Positions 18,204-28,711 of a stretch of DNA of 64,000 nt are shown here, one piece after another (positions within the stretch are counted from its first letter, which is position 1; the number at the start of each line of letters is the position of its first letter). Origin of the DNA: a virus. The stretch covers positions 32,401 through 96,400 of the IMG/VR virus record IMGVR_UViG_3300035661_000025. The stretch is one strand, 5' to 3'. The notes under the pieces are model-generated. The model saw nothing but the letters and a program-made list of their open reading frames with translations. It had not been told where the DNA came from and did no database searches. The position numbers and the translations under genes were made by a program.

Positions 18204-18225
18204 ATAATAAAAAAGGAGAGATACG

Positions 18226-18771
18226 TTGGCTAGTAATGACAGACAATTAGCTTTGGATTCTTTAAAAATGTTCAAAGAATTACTAAAAACTAACACCAAA
18301 CCTAGAGATAGAAATACATTTACCGTAGGAAACATGGTGGCGTATTCATATAATGCTAAAAACCAAGAAGCAATATTTGATAAATCTCCGTTGATATTTG
18401 TATTAAGATCTTCAAAATCATACGTTTTAGGCCTAAATTTTCACTGGTGCCCGCCTCCATCTAGAAAGATATTGATAAATTATGTGTTAAAATTAAATAA
18501 AGAAAATATAAAGAAAAATAAACCTTTAGTAATATCATATAAAATGTTAATGCCCGCAATTATTAGGCTGAGACTTAAGTATGTAATCCGTTTGTATATA
18601 AAGAACAGAATATCAAAACGCTGTTTGATTATACCTCATGAATATTTCTTAAAAGCTGTTCATTTGCCAGCAGAAAATTTCAATAATGGAATGTCATCCA
18701 CTCAATTGTATCAATGGGCTAAAGGTAAAGCCAAAAAACGAATGATTGACAGGAAACCTCGAAAAAAATAG
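18226..18771 (+). CDS. gp2: DNA end protector gp2-like
   Basis: GNM..YSYNAK, FDKSPLI, LGLNFHW.P; TATAAATA at 18199-18206. Confidence 0.85.
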   Translation: MASNDRQLALDSLKMFKELLKTNTKPRDRNTFTVGNMVAYSYNAKNQEAIFDKSPLIFVLRSSKSYVLGLNFHWCPPPSRKILINYVLKLNKENIKKNKPLVISYKMLMPAIIRLRLKYVIRLYIKNRISKRCLIIPHEYFLKAVHLPAENFNNGMSSTQLYQWAKGKAKKRMIDRKPRKK

Positions 18772-18781
18772 AAAGGAAAGT

Positions 18782-21451
18782 ATGTATTCTCTAACAAAAT
18801 TCAACGCTAAGAAATCTACAGAGAAAGTTCCTAAATCACCATATGGAAATAAAGCGTACAAATTCACTACAGTCAAGTGCTTGACCTTAGAAGAATGTGT
18901 TTCTGTGCTTTCAGAAAATTGGATTTTATCTAATGCTTTAACTGTTGAAAGCATCATAGCTGAAAAAAACAAATCTGAATTAGCTCAATATCGTGACAAA
19001 TCTAACAATATCATGGTATTAGATTTGGATGAGATTACATGTTCAGATGATTATTATAAAATACGAGATTTTTTCAAAGATTCTGATTATACCTGTGTCT
19101 TAGCAAAGTCTAAATCTTTTAATGGATTAGACAATTTCAACATAAAAGGATTCTTAGTAATAAACACTGAGAACACTAATACAACGCTAAGAAAACATGT
19201 CCAATTCCTTCAAGCACATCTTCAAGATTTATGTAAAGTAGATTTGACAGTAAAAAATGATGTGTCTTTTCATGCACCAACATATCAAACTGAGATATTA
19301 TATGTAAATGAATTTGGATCTAATTTTATTGATATAGAAAAGGTCAAACACCGAGAAGTAAAAATCCAAAAACCCTCATTATCCATGGCACATAACTGCA
19401 TTTATAAATGCATCAATATTTACCAATCTATGGGTTATCATATGGTAGATGGTTCTATAAAAGAAAATGGTAGTATTAATTTTGAACATAACTCTGAGCA
19501 GAAATCTAAGGGCGGGTTTTTTATGTTTATTGAAAAACCATTTATAATGCATCATAACAATGAATCTAGAACAGTAAGCATATGGAATGCATTTAAACAA
19601 TCCGAAGAGGGTAAAGAATATTTAAAGAAGTTATTTAAAAAACAACAAGAAGACAATATTTCTGATTTAAACTCTTATAGTAATTTATTGTTGCTTAATG
19701 ATAGATACATAGATATTGAGAAATGTTCTGAATTCATCGATGAATTCATGGAAACAAATAATTCTGTATTGAAAATAAAATCAGCTATGGGGACTGGAAA
19801 GAGCTCAATTATTGATTACATAATAAAAAATACAGATGAACGGGTACTCATAATTTCAAATAGAATATCCGTAGCCATGGATTATAGTAACAAATATAAC
19901 ATCAAAACCTATTTAGATAAAGGTGATGATTCATGGACTCCAGGAGAGCATTTGATTGTTCAATTTGATTCTTTATATAAGTATCAAATTAAATATTTTG
20001 ATATTGTAATCTTAGATGAATTTATGTCTTTATTGTTTCAATCTAGATCTGAATTATCTAATGACAAAAATTATAATTTAAGTAAATTTTATAGTATATT
20101 AAATGGTTCCAAAAAAATAGTAATAGCAGATGCATTTTTAAATGGTTTTGAAAATTCATTATTAACTAAAAAATTTATGTATTATATAAGAAATGATTAT
20201 AAGGATGTAATAAAACATTACAATTATAAACACCGGGAAATGTTTTTTAGTTCTTTGCTACATGTTCTTAAAAACAAACAAAAAAATGAATCCGTTACTG
20301 TATCAGTTATGTCCAAAAACGCTTTGCATGCTATGGAAATGGAGCTTTCCAAATTAGGGTTTAATGTTCAGACGCTAACTGCAGAAACTCCAGAATTGAG
20401 AAAGAGAAAAATATATGAGATATTTCAAGAAGAAGAAGCTAAATGGGATGTTTTATTATTTTCTCCTACATTAACTGTAGGCGTGTCTAATCTAAATAAT
20501 GTAACACATCATTTTCATTTTGATACTGGATTATCCGCAGATGTTATTAGTTCATTACAAATGGTGAAAAGATCTAGAAAAGCTACAGTTCTTCATACAT
20601 TTTTAAAAGAGTCTCAACGATATAATCCTACAAATTCTGAAGATCTTGATACATTATCTAATTATGATATTGTCAATTACTTTAATGGGAGACAAAGCAC
20701 TTTATTGATAGAAATTGATGAAGAGGGAGATTTCAAATTATCTTGGCTAGGAAAATTTGCTAATCAAATAGAAGCTTATTACAATATTTTAGAAAACAAT
20801 CATTCTAATGCTTTTAAAATATTAATGGGGGAACAATTCAGCTACACAACTGAAGAAATTTCTGTTAATGATAATTCATTAAGCTTTTATAATATGATTA
20901 AAGAGCATAAAGATGCCCTAAAAGACAGCATAATTACTATGCTTAAAAATAACAAAGAATGTAATTACTCAGATGAATATCTAATGGAATTAAGATCCAA
21001 AACAATTGATTTAACAGATGAAGAGCGTACTGCACTGATATTGGGTGACATTAAAGAAAAATTTCCTAAGCTTAAAAGAAATGATGTATTAAAAATTGCA
21101 GAAATAAATGCTAGAGAATCTGGAAAATTCATAAAAGAATTGCAGTTATTAAAAGAATCATCTTTGGATGTAGAAGTAATTCAAAAGAAGCTATCTTTGA
21201 TTATCGCATCTTCTGTAAATTCTATTCAAAATAAAGATAAAATATCCTTTTATTCATATTTGATTCAATTAAAACTTTCAACCATAAAAACATGGTATTC
21301 TGAAAATGAAATCTTACAAATAGATTCAGATATAAATCAAGGTAGAAAATTTAAAAGTTTCTTAAAGAAAATAGGTTACAAACCCAAAAATGGAAGAATG
21401 GTCTTAAGCGAAGAACACATAAAATATTACAAATATTTTAATCAACATTGA
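18782..21451 (+). CDS. UL9/origin-binding-protein-like SF2 helicase with N-terminal primase-like DxD domain
   Basis: KSAMGTGKS, ISNRIS, QFDSLYK, ILDEFMS, SPTLTVGVS, QMVKRSR; N-terminal VLDLD; start at ATG 18782 after AAGGA. Confidence 0.8.
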   Translation: MYSLTKFNAKKSTEKVPKSPYGNKAYKFTTVKCLTLEECVSVLSENWILSNALTVESIIAEKNKSELAQYRDKSNNIMVLDLDEITCSDDYYKIRDFFKDSDYTCVLAKSKSFNGLDNFNIKGFLVINTENTNTTLRKHVQFLQAHLQDLCKVDLTVKNDVSFHAPTYQTEILYVNEFGSNFIDIEKVKHREVKIQKPSLSMAHNCIYKCINIYQSMGYHMVDGSIKENGSINFEHNSEQKSKGGFFMFIEKPFIMHHNNESRTVSIWNAFKQSEEGKEYLKKLFKKQQEDNISDLNSYSNLLLLNDRYIDIEKCSEFIDEFMETNNSVLKIKSAMGTGKSSIIDYIIKNTDERVLIISNRISVAMDYSNKYNIKTYLDKGDDSWTPGEHLIVQFDSLYKYQIKYFDIVILDEFMSLLFQSRSELSNDKNYNLSKFYSILNGSKKIVIADAFLNGFENSLLTKKFMYYIRNDYKDVIKHYNYKHREMFFSSLLHVLKNKQKNESVTVSVMSKNALHAMEMELSKLGFNVQTLTAETPELRKRKIYEIFQEEEAKWDVLLFSPTLTVGVSNLNNVTHHFHFDTGLSADVISSLQMVKRSRKATVLHTFLKESQRYNPTNSEDLDTLSNYDIVNYFNGRQSTLLIEIDEEGDFKLSWLGKFANQIEAYYNILENNHSNAFKILMGEQFSYTTEEISVNDNSLSFYNMIKEHKDALKDSIITMLKNNKECNYSDEYLMELRSKTIDLTDEERTALILGDIKEKFPKLKRNDVLKIAEINARESGKFIKELQLLKESSLDVEVIQKKLSLIIASSVNSIQNKDKISFYSYLIQLKLSTIKTWYSENEILQIDSDINQGRKFKSFLKKIGYKPKNGRMVLSEEHIKYYKYFNQH

Positions 21452-21929
21452 GTTCATTTTTAAGTTCTAATAATTGCTTAGTCCATTTTCCAGAGCTGGG
21501 ATATTTTAATGGTTTTCGTTTAGGATATTTTTCCGAATAAATTTTAGCTAATTTTTTGAATTCATTTTTACCTAATTTAGGTTCTTTAGGAACCTCAGTT
21601 GGGTGTATATATTCGGTTGGTTCTCTTTCTAAATAGTCTGCTAAATTTCTCAAAAGATCTGGCAAAGTTATATCTATTTTATGTAAACCTAATCGTCTCC
21701 ATGCATTGAAAACCTTTCCTTCAAAAGAGTTAACAGATCTATGCAAAACTCCTCTACAAAATCCTGCTCCATCTTCACCTAAAGGTTGATCTTTAAATAG
21801 TTTATGTTTATGATCTAGAACTGCTATCTCACCAAAAATGGGAATTTTTGATATAGGACAGATTCCACCTTGTTGCTCTAATAACATCTCTTTAATTTGT
21901 CGTATTTCGTTAGTTTTTAAATATATCAT
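21438..21929 (-). CDS. gp49: recombination endonuclease VII (gp49-like)
   Basis: QGGICPI, VLDHKH, CRGVL..SVN.FEGKV, LRNLADYL, HP. Confidence 0.85.
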   Translation of the reverse strand: MIYLKTNEIRQIKEMLLEQQGGICPISKIPIFGEIAVLDHKHKLFKDQPLGEDGAGFCRGVLHRSVNSFEGKVFNAWRRLGLHKIDITLPDLLRNLADYLEREPTEYIHPTEVPKEPKLGKNEFKKLAKIYSEKYPKRKPLKYPSSGKWTKQLLELKNELNVD

Positions 21930-21989
21930 ATTTTTTCTTAATGTTGATTTAAACATATTTATGTTATAATATAAAAATAAGGAGATTCA

Positions 21990-22217
21990 ATGAATAGTAC
22001 AGAAGACATAGTAAAAACTTATCTCCAATGTCATTCAGTACAAGAGATGAGCCTACAATTGAAATACTTTATTTTATTAAGAAACTTGAATGAATTAGAT
22101 TTCACTTCTCGACATGCTTTGAATTTTATTCATCGAGAATATTTTGAGATGAATACGTATACTTATCAAGATTTTATTGATACAATTTTATTAGCAAAGG
22201 AATTACATGGTGTTTGA
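21990..22217 (+). CDS. hypothetical early protein
   Basis: TGTTATAAT at 21962-21970, AGGAG RBS. Confidence 0.65.
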   Translation: MNSTEDIVKTYLQCHSVQEMSLQLKYFILLRNLNELDFTSRHALNFIHREYFEMNTYTYQDFIDTILLAKELHGV

Positions 22218-22695
22218 TAGAGAGATTGTCCAAAATGATTTATTTGAAGGAATCATGGGACAACATGAATTCAAAGAATATCATAAATTGTTATCTACTG
22301 AAGATAGAAAAAAATTAGTTCTTATATCTATAACCGAGCCCGAAGCTAGCGCTCCATATATGAGCGTAGATGACCCAACATCTACAATAGGATTCCATGA
22401 TGTTTTAGAAATAAAATTTTGGGATGTAGAATATAAGATAGGAAAATATGAACCATTGACTTGGGAACAAGGAAAAATTATCAGAGATTTTATTGTAAAA
22501 AATAAAGACAAAAAATTTCTCATACATTGCAGAGCTGGAGTTAGCAGATCTGCAGGAGTAGGTTGTGCAGTTGAATGTTTAGTTAATCATGATGGTGATG
22601 TATATAATTATTATCTATCAAAAAGTGATATAAAAAACATGCCTAGATATGACCCAAATCTTACAGTGTTTGATCGAATAATTAAAGCTCAATAA
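22207..22695 (+). CDS. protein-tyrosine/dual-specificity phosphatase family
   Basis: IHCRAGVSRS (CX5R), F.D acid loop, PN..V. Confidence 0.9.
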   Translation: MVFDREIVQNDLFEGIMGQHEFKEYHKLLSTEDRKKLVLISITEPEASAPYMSVDDPTSTIGFHDVLEIKFWDVEYKIGKYEPLTWEQGKIIRDFIVKNKDKKFLIHCRAGVSRSAGVGCAVECLVNHDGDVYNYYLSKSDIKNMPRYDPNLTVFDRIIKAQ

Positions 22696-22728
22696 ATACT
22701 ACTGTATTTTTTTATACAGGAGAATGAT

Positions 22729-22950
22729 ATGATTTTAGGCATAATTCTAACACCCCACGTTTATGATGGAGTACGAAAAATAAAAGTTGAAACCGTTGGA
22801 TTATTTACTTGGTTTAAAGGACCTTATGAAATTCCTGCAACTAACGAACTTTTTAGTGAATTTGATATTGATGAATTGTATTCCAGAGGAATACCTATGT
22901 CTTTTCATATCGACAAAGAAAAGTTATTAGCATATCAGGATCCACAATAA
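22729..22950 (+). CDS. hypothetical protein
   Basis: AGGAG RBS. Confidence 0.6.
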   Translation: MILGIILTPHVYDGVRKIKVETVGLFTWFKGPYEIPATNELFSEFDIDELYSRGIPMSFHIDKEKLLAYQDPQ

Positions 22951-23237
22951 CTTAACAATTTTACTATTTTTTCATAACAACAAAGGAGTTATGAACAAAC
23001 AATCAGCTAATCTTTCTGAGAAAAATATTGATTATAATCTCAGAAAATTGGTAAATAAAATTAATTTTCCTTTAAGATTATCATGATATAATTATTGTAT
23101 AGAAAGAAGAATTAAAAATACAATTTATGCTTTTCTCTATGAGTTAAACATACATTGGTTTTTGATGTGAATTGTTTAAGATTATAGTTTAGTAAATGGG
23201 ATTAGAGATTTTCAATTTGAGAATGAAGGATAACTAA

Positions 23238-24011
23238 ATGAAAATTAAAGCTATTGTAAATGTAAATGATCCACGTCAAGATTCATATATCAGATTTCTT
23301 TCCAAATCATTTCCCGAGATGATGAATGAAGAAAATCCAGAAATGTACTTTGTAGTGGGCGGTGATGGCAGCATGCTTCATGCCCACAAGAATTATAATG
23401 AAGCTATCCCGTTTTTTGGAAAAGGATTAGGCACTCTTAATTTCATCATGAACAATTTTGGCAATGATTTTCGTGTTATTGAAGGATTGCTTAATGATAC
23501 ATTAAAACCAACCATTATAAAAACTCCTAAAATTAAAATAATTACAAAATTTCAATCTGGTATGATTGGAGAATATGAAGCAATTAATGATGTTATTATA
23601 GGCTCAGACATTTCTGATTGGAATTCTTTTGAAATCTCTTCTAAGAATGGATCTTTTGAAGAATTTAAATTTAATGGAACTGGTATTTGTGTAAGCACTC
23701 CTTTGGGTTCCTCGGCGTTTAATATGAACAATGGTGGTAAATTATTGCCTATTGACTCTAATCTTTGGAGCATTACATCTGTGGTTTCTAATCATCGAAT
23801 AAATGAATTGATGAAACCACAGAAAGTCAAAATAAAAATTGAATCATTAAGATCAAATCCTACTTTATATGTAGATGGGGTTCCTATTACCGGTTTAGAA
23901 AAAGGTGACAAGGTTTATCTTAAAAAATGTCCGGAATCTTTTCAAATTGCATTTTTGGACCCAAAAGAATTTTTTGCTAAGCGTATGAAATTGCAGCAGG
24001 AGCGAAGATGA
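23238..24011 (+). CDS. nadK: NAD kinase
   Basis: GGDGSML, GTLNF, AINDV, G..VSTPLGSSAFN..GG, VDG. Confidence 0.9.
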   Translation: MKIKAIVNVNDPRQDSYIRFLSKSFPEMMNEENPEMYFVVGGDGSMLHAHKNYNEAIPFFGKGLGTLNFIMNNFGNDFRVIEGLLNDTLKPTIIKTPKIKIITKFQSGMIGEYEAINDVIIGSDISDWNSFEISSKNGSFEEFKFNGTGICVSTPLGSSAFNMNNGGKLLPIDSNLWSITSVVSNHRINELMKPQKVKIKIESLRSNPTLYVDGVPITGLEKGDKVYLKKCPESFQIAFLDPKEFFAKRMKLQQERR

Positions 24012-24108
24012 TTAATATTACAGTTGTCATTGTCATAAGCTTATGGATTATGTCAGATGCTATGATTAAGATTGCCAAAATTAAATATAAAGCTAAAAAG
24101 GAAGAAAA

Positions 24109-24360
24109 ATGATAGATTATGAACAATTCAAACAGATAGTAAATCATTGTGGAGGTTCTAGACCATTCAATTCAGCAAAAAATGCAGATAATTTCTTTGT
24201 TTATTTAGATCATAACATTGGATTATATAATTTTGCTACAGTTAATGACCGATGTCAAGCACCGGAAAGATTGTATATGGATGCTCAAGTAGCTTTAGAT
24301 GTTAGAAATTTATTGAATGATTTGATTTTGAAACAAAAAGTTCCAAATGTGACATGTTAG
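24109..24360 (+). CDS. hypothetical protein
   Basis: AAGGA RBS. Confidence 0.6.
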   Translation: MIDYEQFKQIVNHCGGSRPFNSAKNADNFFVYLDHNIGLYNFATVNDRCQAPERLYMDAQVALDVRNLLNDLILKQKVPNVTC

Positions 24361-24439
24361 AAGAAAGATTTATGTAAACATTACTTTGATAAAACATGTT
24401 TACATTGTGAGAATTTAAATTTATTTGAGGAAAAACCTA

Positions 24440-24739
24440 ATGAGATTTGTAATTGAATTTTTAGCTGTATTATTATTTTTTGTTATTATCGTAGTCATAG
24501 CTATTATTGAGCCTGATTTTATCGATAAGCGTTACATTAAATATACCGACAACAATAAAGAATATTTGACTCAAGAAGGTCAATGTGTAGGTACTTATTA
24601 TTTTGTAGGAGATACACAAGTATTTAATTTAGAAAAAAATCCTATCGAATGTGAATATACCGTGGTCAAAGGTAAAAAATTCAAAGATTTCAATACTTCT
24701 TATTATGTTGAAATGGTCAAAAAGAAATTTAATGAATAA
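24440..24739 (+). CDS. single-TM membrane protein
   Basis: GAGG RBS; hydrophobic N-terminal helix. Confidence 0.6.
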   Translation: MRFVIEFLAVLLFFVIIVVIAIIEPDFIDKRYIKYTDNNKEYLTQEGQCVGTYYFVGDTQVFNLEKNPIECEYTVVKGKKFKDFNTSYYVEMVKKKFNE

Positions 24740-24899
24740 AATATTTGTTTATGTTATTATAGGAATGTTGATATTATTTTCATTTCCTTATATTATAAGT
24801 TTCTTGTTTATGATTCTAGCATTGTTAATTAAATTGTCTTGGAATATTTTGTGGGTTTTTGTCATAGCTGGAGTTACAATTCTTTACATTAAGAAATAA
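24732..24899 (+). CDS. small two-TM membrane protein
   Basis: MNKIFVYVIIGMLILF...; overlaps upstream stop. Confidence 0.55.
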   Translation: MNKIFVYVIIGMLILFSFPYIISFLFMILALLIKLSWNILWVFVIAGVTILYIKK

Positions 24900-24948
24900 C
24901 TTTATTTTAGGCTAAGTTTATTATGTTATAATTATAAAAAGGAAAATT

Positions 24949-25305
24949 ATGATTATTGACAAATTCAATTTAGAAATGGTTTTTTGTAAAAAGAACAACT
25001 CAGTAATCAAAGCTGTTCCAATGAGTTACAAAATATCTTCCGCATTGCAAGATAAAGAAATAGTCACATGTTATGACGTTATTTTGAAATTAGAAGATGG
25101 TGATTCTATAATTAGATCTTTTTTTGAAATTGATGGAATGCTAAAATCAAATGCTAAAGATATTTTTGTAAATGTTTTAGACTTAAAGGCAGATTTTTTA
25201 AAGCCGTTAGGTTTTGATACTTTACTAATGATTAGACAGAGAGAAGCTAAGTATAACCAATTTGTAAAAAAATATGGTAAAGAATTTCCAGAATTATATT
25301 TATAA
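24949..25305 (+). CDS. hypothetical early protein ending FPELYL
   Basis: CTAAG-N7-TGTTATAAT promoter 24912-24932, AAGGA RBS. Confidence 0.7.
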   Translation: MIIDKFNLEMVFCKKNNSVIKAVPMSYKISSALQDKEIVTCYDVILKLEDGDSIIRSFFEIDGMLKSNAKDIFVNVLDLKADFLKPLGFDTLLMIRQREAKYNQFVKKYGKEFPELYL

Positions 25306-25314
25306 AGGATTGAT

Positions 25315-26568
25315 GTGAAAACTGCAGGAAATAGATTTTATTTTGAAGAAATTGTAGCAAATATGATAGATCCTACAAATAATCTACAATTTTATGCACA
25401 TTTATTGGCTCAATGTAAAATTTCGATGGATAAATCTTTTAGAGCCCCTGCAGGTGTTTATTTTGATACTTATACATATGGTTTGGTTATAAATCCAATT
25501 CTGTTCAATAAATTTACAAAAAAAGAAAAAGTAGCTATTTTAATTCATGAAGCGTTTCATATAGCATACAATCATGTAACAGTTAGAAAAAAAGATGACC
25601 ATGAAAGATGGAATTATGCTACAGATATAGCTATAAATCAGCTAATCAAAGATCTTCCAAAAACAGCTCTTCATTATAGTCAATTTGATTTACCTGCAGG
25701 ATTTTCGGCAGAGCAATATTATATTGCATTACTTGATAATGAGAAATATAATCAGAAAAAAGAGCAAGATGAAAAGCTAAAAAAACAGATGGAAGAATTG
25801 TTTGAAGAAGCAATTAAGAAAGGATCTTTAGATGTAGATTCTGATGAATGTTTTGGAGATGGTTCTGAAATTGATATACCTTTTGATATACCGATTGATG
25901 CTCATGATAAAGAATCAGAAGGGGATGAAGAATATAGAAAAGAAGTTACCAAAAATATGTTAGAAAAAGCCTCTGAAAAATCTAGAGGAAATGAACCAAG
26001 CGATTACGCTGACATGATTTCTTTATATACAAAAAAAGCTGTGGTTGATTGGCGCAAAGAATTGAGACGGATCGTTGGAAACAAAAAAGCAAATAAACGT
26101 AGAACAATCATGCGTCCAGATCGAAGATTCCCTAATAGAGAAGAAATTAAAGGAATAACTAAAGATCGTATATTTGACTTAATTGTAGTCATGGATGTTT
26201 CTGGCTCTATGCAAGACAAAATGTTGGCTGATGGTTTGAATGAAATTAAAGAAATTTGTAAATTGACTAATTCAAATCTAAAAGTTATTCAAGTCGATAC
26301 AGATATTCATGAAGTAACTGAGGTAACAAAAACAACCACTAAATTTAATAGATCAGCTCATGGCGGAACTAGAATTTACCCAGCAATTGAATATATTAGA
26401 GATAATAAAATAGACCACAACGCTATAGTAATAATTAGTGATATGTGGATAGAATCATCAACAGAGTGGAAAATTCCTCCAAAAGTACCTTGTTTTTTCT
26501 TAAACACTTCAGGTAAAGATTGGGATGGATTTTCTAAATTTAAAAATTTTAAAAATTACCGTATATAA
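25315..26568 (+). CDS. DUF2201-type metallopeptidase + VWA domain protein (MoxR partner)
   Basis: HEAFH, WNYATDIAIN, SAEQYY, W...L; MIDAS DVSGSM, GGT, SD. Confidence 0.9.
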   Translation: MKTAGNRFYFEEIVANMIDPTNNLQFYAHLLAQCKISMDKSFRAPAGVYFDTYTYGLVINPILFNKFTKKEKVAILIHEAFHIAYNHVTVRKKDDHERWNYATDIAINQLIKDLPKTALHYSQFDLPAGFSAEQYYIALLDNEKYNQKKEQDEKLKKQMEELFEEAIKKGSLDVDSDECFGDGSEIDIPFDIPIDAHDKESEGDEEYRKEVTKNMLEKASEKSRGNEPSDYADMISLYTKKAVVDWRKELRRIVGNKKANKRRTIMRPDRRFPNREEIKGITKDRIFDLIVVMDVSGSMQDKMLADGLNEIKEICKLTNSNLKVIQVDTDIHEVTEVTKTTTKFNRSAHGGTRIYPAIEYIRDNKIDHNAIVIISDMWIESSTEWKIPPKVPCFFLNTSGKDWDGFSKFKNFKNYRI

Positions 26569-26579
26569 AGAAGAAAAAA

Positions 26580-27311
26580 ATGAACATTAAATTGCGAGAC
26601 AATTTACATGAACTTAAACAAAAATTGCTACAGAACGTGTTATGTATTTCTGATACTCATTTCGGGCATGTAAAAGTCTTTGAGAAATTTGAACCAATTA
26701 GAAAAACTTATACATTATCTAAAGGTAAGCAAACATTAAAAGATTTTGAAGATCTTATGGTAGAAAACTGGAATGAAACTGTTTTTGATTCTGATACTTT
26801 AATTCATTTAGGTGATGTATGTATTGATAAAATGAACCCGACAAAAACTGAAGAAAACCTAGCAATATCTTTAAAGTTGGAAGGGGAATCATTAATCTTA
26901 ATTAAAGGCAATCATGATAAATCTGATAATTCTCTTTATTATCAAAACGGATGGAATTTCGTAATTGATTGTCCAGTAATTTTATTAGATAATCCTAAAA
27001 TCATAGACAATGCTCCAGGACTAGCTCATTGTATTATAATTGATATAAACGGCAAAAGGGTAATGTTTTCCCATTTTGGAATCCACCAATATAATGAAAA
27101 CTTTGAGGGAAAATATAGAGAACCATTTAGATATTTGACCAAATTATACAATGATTATAAATGTGATTATAATATCCATGGACATAGTCATTCAAATGCT
27201 ATTAACTCAGAAAAATCATTTAACTGTAGTGTTGAAGTAATAAACTTCACACCTAAAAAATTGACAGATATTTTCGCTGTTTTAACTAAATTTAAGAATA
27301 AACTGTTATAA
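26580..27311 (+). CDS. calcineurin-like metallophosphoesterase
   Basis: SDTHFGH, HLGD, KGNHD, SH, HGHSH. Confidence 0.9.
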   Translation: MNIKLRDNLHELKQKLLQNVLCISDTHFGHVKVFEKFEPIRKTYTLSKGKQTLKDFEDLMVENWNETVFDSDTLIHLGDVCIDKMNPTKTEENLAISLKLEGESLILIKGNHDKSDNSLYYQNGWNFVIDCPVILLDNPKIIDNAPGLAHCIIIDINGKRVMFSHFGIHQYNENFEGKYREPFRYLTKLYNDYKCDYNIHGHSHSNAINSEKSFNCSVEVINFTPKKLTDIFAVLTKFKNKLL

Positions 27312-27337
27312 TAATATACAAAATAAAAGGAAAGAAT

Positions 27338-28189
27338 ATGACCTCAAAAATTCAAGAAAAAGACCCATTCGGTCATAGAATTAAAGAATATGAAGCAAGT
27401 GCAGAGATTTATTTGGATAAATCCAAATACTCCATCATGCGAATTGATGGGCACGGCTTTTCTAAATGGACGAAAGGTTTCTCAAAACCTTTCGATGAAT
27501 TTTTAGCAAATGCATTAGCAGAAACAGCTAGAGCATTGATGGATGAATTTAAAGCAGTTTGCGCTTATTCTCAATCTGACGAAATCACCTTGATTTTTGC
27601 TCCAGATGATAACTTGATTTATTCTGGAAGAATTCAAAAACTAACTTCATTAGCGGCATCATTTGCTTCAATGAAGTTCAATGAATTAATCAGAGAAACT
27701 CTTAGTAAATTATACACTGAGAAAGAAGGTTTGATGCGTGTTAGATCTGCTTCTGTTGAATTATCTAAAGAATATGATAAAATTAACAATAAGGTTTCTT
27801 TTTTGGAGACAAAAATTGGAAGAGCATTTTTTGATGCTCGAGTTTTTCAAGTTCCAGATAAAACTGAGGCATTTAATTCACTTTTATGGAGAACCAGAGA
27901 TTGTGAACGAAACTCTAAAAACGTTTTTGCTCAAAGTATTCTATCCCATAAAGAATGTCAAAACAAAACAAGCAATGAACTAGTTGAGATATGTGAAGAG
28001 CTTGGTCATTTTTGGAGCGATATTCCAGATAAATACAAATATGGAATTCTTTGGAAAAAAGAAACGTATTTGAAACAGCCAGAAAACCCAGAGTTAGAAC
28101 CATGTTTCAGAACAAGATTCATCCAAATCATTAAGAGATTGAATTACTCAGACGAGAATGTTGAAATGGTGCTTTGTAATAAACTTTAA
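27338..28189 (+). CDS. thg1: tRNA(His) guanylyltransferase Thg1-like 3'-5' polymerase
   Basis: RIDGHGFS, QSDEITL, GRIQKL.S, FDAR, WR..DC.RNS; promoter 27292-27312. Confidence 0.92.
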   Translation: MTSKIQEKDPFGHRIKEYEASAEIYLDKSKYSIMRIDGHGFSKWTKGFSKPFDEFLANALAETARALMDEFKAVCAYSQSDEITLIFAPDDNLIYSGRIQKLTSLAASFASMKFNELIRETLSKLYTEKEGLMRVRSASVELSKEYDKINNKVSFLETKIGRAFFDARVFQVPDKTEAFNSLLWRTRDCERNSKNVFAQSILSHKECQNKTSNELVEICEELGHFWSDIPDKYKYGILWKKETYLKQPENPELEPCFRTRFIQIIKRLNYSDENVEMVLCNKL

Positions 28190-28242
28190 TAAGTTTCAAA
28201 GGTAATTTCTGTTATAATTAAATGTAAGAAAGAAGGAGTCCT

Positions 28243-28347
28243 ATGGCGTATTTTTTAACAATTACATTCATTGCTATAATGATGTATGGCGTATTTTCAT
28301 CTTGTAATGTATTTTCAGAATTGAAGGGTAGAATAAATGTTAATTAG
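28243..28347 (+). CDS. small membrane peptide (34 aa, not in ORF track)
   Basis: AAGGAG RBS after TGTTATAAT (28210-28218); hydrophobic. Confidence 0.45.
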   Translation: MAYFLTITFIAIMMYGVFSSCNVFSELKGRINVN

Positions 28348-28711
28348 CAATATACGAAGTGTATTAGAGATTTGTTTCAAATCTAATGAAACTTTAATGA
28401 TTGAAGGCCCTCATGGGATTGGAAAATCAGAGGTTGTAGCTAATTTTGCTACAGAAAATAATATGCATAATGAAACATTATTCTTGTCCAACCAAGAAGT
28501 GGGTGATTTGATTGGTATGCCACGTTCAATAGAACGTAATGGTGAGGTTATTCATACATGGACGAAACCTATTTGGTTACAAAAAATGGAAGAAGCGGTT
28601 ATGCCCGCTAAATTCGATGTAGATGATTTAGAATTTTCGGATGAGGACTTCAAGGCTTTCGTTTACTCAAAACTAAAGGAATTGAATGAAGTTAGTAAGG
28701 GACAAATATAA
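28337..28711 (+). CDS. MoxR/AAA_5-type ATPase, N-terminal half (Walker A)
   Basis: IEGPHGIGKS, LFLS.QEVGDLIGMP, W..P.W; no Walker B. Confidence 0.85.
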   Translation: MLISNIRSVLEICFKSNETLMIEGPHGIGKSEVVANFATENNMHNETLFLSNQEVGDLIGMPRSIERNGEVIHTWTKPIWLQKMEEAVMPAKFDVDDLEFSDEDFKAFVYSKLKELNEVSKGQI

